Below, in pieces: positions 17,788-22,402 of a stretch of DNA of 22,402 nt (position 1 is its first letter; the number at the start of each line of letters is the position of its first letter). The notes under the pieces were generated by a model. It saw only the letters and a list, made by a program, of their open reading frames with translations. It did not search any database and was not told where the DNA came from. The DNA comes from Candidatus Thorarchaeota archaeon (GTDB lineage: Archaea; Asgardarchaeota; Thorarchaeia; Thorarchaeales; Thorarchaeaceae), in assembly GCA_048882485.1 (NCBI GenBank), contig JBHLRP010000048.1:1-22402 (forward strand), given 5' to 3'. A program made the position numbers and the translations under genes.

Positions 17788-18765
17788 CTACTCTTTACTG
17801 CTCTTCACAAGGAATTCCGCAATGAGCCTCTCAGCCACTGTGTACGGGTCTTCATTCCTCTTCGCAATCCTATCTATGGCTTCAGCATACTCAGGCTCAT
17901 CCCTGAGTCTGTCCAGAAGCTTGCGTGTGAGCCTGTATCTCATTAAGTCCTCAAGCTCCTCTTGACTTCGTTTGAGGTCCTTTTTCTCCATAAGCCCAGA
18001 CTTCTTCAAGAACTCAAAATGCTCACCAATCTTGTCAACCAAATCCGAGATGCCCTCACCAGACCTAGCGTTTGTAAGAATGACTGGCGGGTTCCATTCT
18101 CGTTCTCGCTGATCTAAGTCCAGCATGGTTTCTATCTCTGACACTTTCTTTTCGGCGCCAAGCAAATCTGACTTGTTTACAACAAAGATATCAGCTATCT
18201 CCATAATGCCCGCTTTTATCGCTTGGATGTCATCTCCGCTTCCGGGAACATCAGTCACAACAACAGTATGAGCAATCTCAATAATCTCCACTTCTGATTG
18301 CCCTGCACCAACGGTCTCGACAATGATGACATCCTTTCCGAAAGCATCGATAGCTCTCACCGCATCTGAAGTGCTTCTTGCTAGTCCACCCAGATGACCG
18401 CGAGTCCCCATGCTGCGTACATAGACCTCATCGTCCACTGCGTGTTCCTGCATCCTAATACGGTCACCTAGTAGAGCACCGCCAGAGAATGGACTTGATG
18501 GGTCCACACAGATGACACCAATAGACTGATTGTTCTTTCTGAATTCAGCTATTATCCGGGTCACAATTGTGCTCTTCCCTGAACCGGGAGGACCAGTCAC
18601 GCCAATGACATGAGCATCGCCAGTGTGTTTGTAGAGCTCTGCTAGAGCCTTTGATGCAGCTGGATCCTCATCTTCAATCATTGTGATGAGCTGTGCCAGT
18701 GCACGTCTCTTGCCCTCGAGGACTCCCTTGGCAACCTCAGATTTTGACAAACTGGCCGTCCTCAC
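17788..18765 (-). CDS. meaB: Methylmalonyl-CoA mutase-associated GTPase MeaB/ArgK
   Basis: [36 protein letters not shown] and NKSD motifs. GTG start. Confidence 0.95.
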   Translation of the reverse strand: MRTASLSKSEVAKGVLEGKRRALAQLITMIEDEDPAASKALAELYKHTGDAHVIGVTGPPGSGKSTIVTRIIAEFRKNNQSIGVICVDPSSPFSGGALLGDRIRMQEHAVDDEVYVRSMGTRGHLGGLARSTSDAVRAIDAFGKDVIIVETVGAGQSEVEIIEIAHTVVVTDVPGSGDDIQAIKAGIMEIADIFVVNKSDLLGAEKKVSEIETMLDLDQREREWNPPVILTNARSGEGISDLVDKIGEHFEFLKKSGLMEKKDLKRSQEELEDLMRYRLTRKLLDRLRDEPEYAEAIDRIAKRNEDPYTVAERLIAEFLVKSSKE

Positions 18766-18773
18766 ATTTCAGA

Positions 18774-19175
18774 TTACATCTTCACATTGGTCTTGATGTA
18801 CTCAGTGATTTCATCAAGTGGAGTTCCAGGACCAAAAATCTCAGCTATGCCTGCTTTCTTTAGTTCAGCTACATCATCCTCAGGGATTATGCCGCCACCC
18901 ACGACGAGGATGTCATCAGCTCCTTCCTGTTTGAGTAGCTCCAGAACCTTTGGAAATAGAGCCATATGTGCTCCACTCAGAATACTCAATCCAATGCAGT
19001 TTACGGCTTCATCAATCGCGGCACGGACTATCATTTCAGGAGTCTGTCGGAGACCTGTGTAAATCACTTCCATCCCGGCATCTCGGAGGGCGCGAGCAAC
19101 CACCTTGGCACCCCTATCATGACCGTCTAACCCAGGTTTGGCAACCAGAACACGAATCTTCTTGGCCGAACTCAA
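18774..19175 (-). CDS. Methylmalonyl-CoA mutase small, cobalamin-binding subunit
   Basis: [10 protein letters not shown] (DxHxxG), SILSGAH and GGGIIP motifs. TTG start with GAGGTG upstream. Confidence 0.95.
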   Translation of the reverse strand: MSSAKKIRVLVAKPGLDGHDRGAKVVARALRDAGMEVIYTGLRQTPEMIVRAAIDEAVNCIGLSILSGAHMALFPKVLELLKQEGADDILVVGGGIIPEDDVAELKKAGIAEIFGPGTPLDEITEYIKTNVKM

Positions 19176-19307
19176 AAGCCCACCTCATTCTTGATTGGAC
19201 ACGCTGAAACCTCTAGTGACGATATAAAGCCTTTCGATTCACCGCAGGAGGCTAGATACAAAGTTATTAGGAGCACTTGTTGGCTCCATCTTGAGGTAGA
19301 TAATGCC

Positions 19308-19574
19308 ATGGCGGCGGCTCCAGACGAAATGACACAGTACGACTGGTTCGGACAAGCCAGAATATTTGAGGTAGCTGAGGATTACGAGTCAGCACTTCAA
19401 GCATATGAAAAGGCGTTGGAGATAGATCCGAATTTCGCCAAGGCCTGGTACTACAAGGCAAAGCTGCACCATCAGCTTGGCCAGAAATCTGACGCCAAAG
19501 AATGCGGCAGAAAGGCATTGGCACTAAAACCTGATTGGGAGAAGCATCTTAGGAAGTTTCTACCCGACCTATAG
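19308..19574 (+). CDS. Small tetratricopeptide-repeat protein
   Basis: Two TPRs (ALQAYEKALEIDPNFAKAWYYKA...ALALKP). Start placed at ATG 19308 after GAGGT. Confidence 0.85.
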   Translation: MAAAPDEMTQYDWFGQARIFEVAEDYESALQAYEKALEIDPNFAKAWYYKAKLHHQLGQKSDAKECGRKALALKPDWEKHLRKFLPDL

Positions 19575-19583
19575 GAGAAATCA

Positions 19584-20003
19584 CTACTTCAAGGCTTCAG
19601 AAGAGTCTGGGTACAAAAGAACATAGACCGCTTGATTCAGAGTCAATATGTTGCTATTCACCCATTCAAAGACCATATCCACATTTTCTTTCGATGAGAG
19701 CCTTCCAAGAGCATCCATCGTAGCAGCCTTGCAGTCTGGTGTTTCAAGCAGGTCTTCAATTGTCTTCACAAGAATCATCTGTCTGACATCTGGACTGGTT
19801 TCAGTCAACCAGTGAAGCACATTGTCTTTTACATCCGACTCGACACCGGAATGTGCCGCTGCTTCTTTCAGAGTATTTGAAATCGTTGTCACGACTTCCT
19901 TATCCTTGATATCCTTCAGCTCGTTTTCAATGATTGTGACAATAACTTGAGTTATATCTGGATCACTTCGAATGATGCCAACAAGATCAGCCCGAGCTTT
20001 CAT
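19584..20003 (-). CDS. Hypothetical, probably alpha-helical protein
   Basis: ORF with normal globular composition filling the gap between genes. Start placed at ATG 20003 (the ORF track begins at 20051). Confidence 0.7.
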   Translation of the reverse strand: MKARADLVGIIRSDPDITQVIVTIIENELKDIKDKEVVTTISNTLKEAAAHSGVESDVKDNVLHWLTETSPDVRQMILVKTIEDLLETPDCKAATMDALGRLSSKENVDMVFEWVNSNILTLNQAVYVLLYPDSSEALK

Positions 20004-20102
20004 GGGGCCATTCTCTTCATCTCTTGTCAAGGGTGTCGAGACTCCTATCAAGTCTGTTTACTAGAACCTTCCATACCGAATATAGATGTTGCTCGTCTTG
20101 TC

Positions 20103-20846
20103 TCAGATATAGCTCTCCAATTCTAACAATGAGTCAACAATAAGGTTTGGGGCGGTTGACTGCCCGTATCTCTCAAGCATTTCATCAATAGACTGCCGTC
20201 GGTGATTGACCCAAACTGTGCTCATTCCTATTGCCTTGGCGCCAACCATATCATTGAAGAACTCGTCACCTATCATGACTGAGTTTTCTGGTTTGGCACC
20301 CAACTTATCAAGAGCATATTGGAAGGGCGCGCTCACAGGCTTGAATGCATGTATCTCACTTCCATCAACAATAATGTAGAAGAATCGGTCGAGTTCAAGC
20401 TCCTTCAGGATTTTGCTCGCATGACCCTCAAAGGAATTTGTGACTATTCCCATCCTAATGTCATACGATTGAAGTTTTTCGAGCAGTAAATCAACACCAG
20501 GCATCTTCCTCGAGAGGTCCATGTGCAATCGCTTGAAGATCTGTGATGCTTCTTCCAGAAGCTCTTCACTGAATTCAAGATTCAATTCAACTAATGTAGT
20601 ACGAATAGCATCCTTGACAACTTGAACTGGCGGACGGTAATTTCCGCTTTCTGCAACATCCTTCAATTCCAGACGATAGTTGCGTACAAGAGTCATAACA
20701 TATGAAGTCATCAAATCTTCAGGAGTGTTGGAGTATTTTGCCAGTAACCATTCGCTAGCTCTGAGTGGATACGACTGTGTATCAGTGAGAGTAGAATCTA
20801 GATCGAATAGGATTGCTTCGAATGATCTCAGACTGAACTCTTTCAC
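20103..20846 (-). CDS. HAD-superfamily hydrolase (subfamily IA)
   Basis: Motif I FDLDSTL, motif II VTNS, motif III KP, motif IV IGDEFFND. Confidence 0.92.
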   Translation of the reverse strand: MKEFSLRSFEAILFDLDSTLTDTQSYPLRASEWLLAKYSNTPEDLMTSYVMTLVRNYRLELKDVAESGNYRPPVQVVKDAIRTTLVELNLEFSEELLEEASQIFKRLHMDLSRKMPGVDLLLEKLQSYDIRMGIVTNSFEGHASKILKELELDRFFYIIVDGSEIHAFKPVSAPFQYALDKLGAKPENSVMIGDEFFNDMVGAKAIGMSTVWVNHRRQSIDEMLERYGQSTAPNLIVDSLLELESYI

Positions 20847-20849
20847 AGA

Positions 20850-21620
20850 TTAGCCGCCCTTTCCCAGGTAAATTCCGTTAGGGTCTAGCTTGTGCATAAT
20901 ATCAATCTGTTCTTGTGTCGGTTCGCTCGTCGTAGGAACTTCATCAGGTACAATCAGATCGAACATGATGTTGTCAAGAACATCTTGAACGGTAAATCCA
21001 GGATGAACTGACATTAGTCGTATCTTCAGAGTATCTGGATCAAAGTCCATTTGACACATGTCAGTGATAACTACATCAGGTCCCCCGCCCACCAGAGACC
21101 ATTTCTCACGTGAGCCAGGACCTTCCATATGACCTGGGCTTGTCAAGTAATCGAGCTTCTTGACAAACTTCCGCTTGTCATGAGTCATCATTACGATGAG
21201 ACGCTTCGCTGAGGATGCGATGTCATTTCCTCCACCGCTACCAGGTAGCTTCACTAAAGGCTTCTCGAATGGACCGATGTAGGTGGTGTTCAGATTGCCG
21301 TGCTCGTCAATCTGTGCCGCACCCAAGAATCCAACGTCAATGCGACCACCTTGAAGAATGAATCCTAAGGTCTCTATGAGACCAATAGCCGCTGAACAAC
21401 CGTAATAATATCTAGTGTCAGCGACTGAGAGAGGTACCTCTCTGGGCCGAGCATCAATGAAGCCGGCCTCCGAAATCAGGTTTGCATTTGGAGCATGAGT
21501 TTCCTTTGCTAGAAGGGCTGCCAATAGAGGCATTCCGGTACCACCAAAGACAGCCTCACCATCTTTCACATGACTTGATGCACAGGCGACCAAGAACTCG
21601 ATCTTACTGTATTCAACCAT
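20850..21620 (-). CDS. Family I CoA-transferase beta subunit (glutaconate CoA-transferase GctB-like)
   Basis: GTGMP, SEAG (probable catalytic Glu), GFLGAAQIDEHGNLN and LPGSGGGND. Start placed at ATG 21620 after AGGAGG. Confidence 0.9.
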   Translation of the reverse strand: MVEYSKIEFLVACASSHVKDGEAVFGGTGMPLLAALLAKETHAPNANLISEAGFIDARPREVPLSVADTRYYYGCSAAIGLIETLGFILQGGRIDVGFLGAAQIDEHGNLNTTYIGPFEKPLVKLPGSGGGNDIASSAKRLIVMMTHDKRKFVKKLDYLTSPGHMEGPGSREKWSLVGGGPDVVITDMCQMDFDPDTLKIRLMSVHPGFTVQDVLDNIMFDLIVPDEVPTTSEPTQEQIDIMHKLDPNGIYLGKGG

Positions 21621-21631
21621 TAGAATCCCTC

Positions 21632-22402
21632 CTAGTAGCCCCAAGGCTTCTTCGCCTTCAGCTTATTCAAGTTCTCCCATCCTATCTTCTCGAGATACTC
21701 AGCGTGGCTCTCAACACCTAGAATGTATGTGTCCAAGTACTCCTGCCATCCCTCTTCCGTTCTTGTCAGTTTGTGAAACATCTGCAAATGTTCAAGGTCA
21801 TAGTCATAGTAGTTGTGGCACATCATCGGGTGAGCGGTGTAAGGCAGAATCACAACATGATCAACATACATGGCTGGAATCTTCGTCTGGTCAGGATTCG
21901 TACGTATCTCCTCTTCATCTATGAGCTCCTCAGCAAGAACAATGAGCTTCTTTCCACATCTTGAACCCTCGATGTCTTCCCCAACAATGCCGTCGATCTG
22001 AGCATTGCCTGTCATGTCAACCCGTTGTACATGCACGATGCTGAAATCAGGCTTTACTGACGGAACCAAACATATCTTCTGTCCAGTAAAAGGACAATCA
22101 ATGACTTTCAGTTTCTTATCGCCCTTGAACCTAGCCAGGTTTGCCATATCCGTTCCCATCAAGCTTCTAATGGGCATGAAGGGCACATTAAGTGAGCCAC
22201 CCAGAAAGCGCATGGCCATCGCCAGATTGCTGTAGTCCTCGACCTGTAATCTGCCTTCAGCGACTCGTCTCCTTGCATTGTTGGAGAGGCCCAATGCTTC
22301 GATAGCTGTGAACGCAATCTCGAACTTGTCTGCCACTCCTGCGCCACACATTATTTCGAGATCAACCTCTGACCCACAGGTCTGGATATTGAGGTTTCGC
22401 TT
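21632..22402 (-). CDS. Family I CoA-transferase alpha subunit (GctA-like), 5' part outside the window
   Basis: PFMPIRSLMGTD, CPFTG, HVQRVDMTGN and YDYD motifs. The frame stays open to the window edge (KRNLNIQTCGSEVDLEIM...). Confidence 0.9.
   Translation of the reverse strand, partial: KRNLNIQTCGSEVDLEIMCGAGVADKFEIAFTAIEALGLSNNARRRVAEGRLQVEDYSNLAMAMRFLGGSLNVPFMPIRSLMGTDMANLARFKGDKKLKVIDCPFTGQKICLVPSVKPDFSIVHVQRVDMTGNAQIDGIVGEDIEGSRCGKKLIVLAEELIDEEEIRTNPDQTKIPAMYVDHVVILPYTAHPMMCHNYYDYDLEHLQMFHKLTRTEEGWQEYLDTYILGVESHAEYLEKIGWENLNKLKAKKPWGY

Noticed and set aside
234-22347. Many short antisense or alternate-frame ORFs overlapping real genes (e.g. 11153-11644, 13659-14165)
   Set aside because: They are shadow ORFs of well-supported CDSs.
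1-22402. CRISPR arrays, IS elements, tRNA or rRNA genes
   Set aside because: No regularly spaced repeats, transposase or integrase, cloverleaf or rRNA signature was seen.

Overview
This is an archaeal-style chromosomal window. The AT-rich TATA boxes, GGAGG/GAGGTG Shine-Dalgarno sites, many TTG/GTG starts, multi-PAS cytoplasmic kinases and split methylmalonyl-CoA mutase suggest an Asgard/Thorarchaeia-like genome, but that taxonomy is inference only. In order, it contains: a 5'-truncated PAS histidine kinase; a ~1.2 kb region with no convincing gene (1056-2249); a short SPFH protein; a CDF transporter with three C-terminal ZT_dimer domains; a Cys-rich hypothetical protein; a 10-PAS histidine kinase; RNase HIII-type nuclease, biotin ligase and DUF72 divergent from SRAP/HMCES; an MFS transporter; threonine aldolase; a methylmalonyl-CoA module (epimerase, mutase large subunit, MeaB, B12-binding subunit); a TPR protein; a hypothetical protein; a HAD hydrolase; and a two-subunit family I CoA-transferase. 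No rRNA, tRNA, CRISPR array or mobile element was found. The most unusual part is 1056-2249. A palindromic double TATA box there precedes a ~350-400 nt + strand segment with about ten nested helices, which I could not match to any RNA family I know (candidate novel ncRNA). The same region holds a 171-codon frame broken only by three TGA codons, two of them in a UxxU arrangement.
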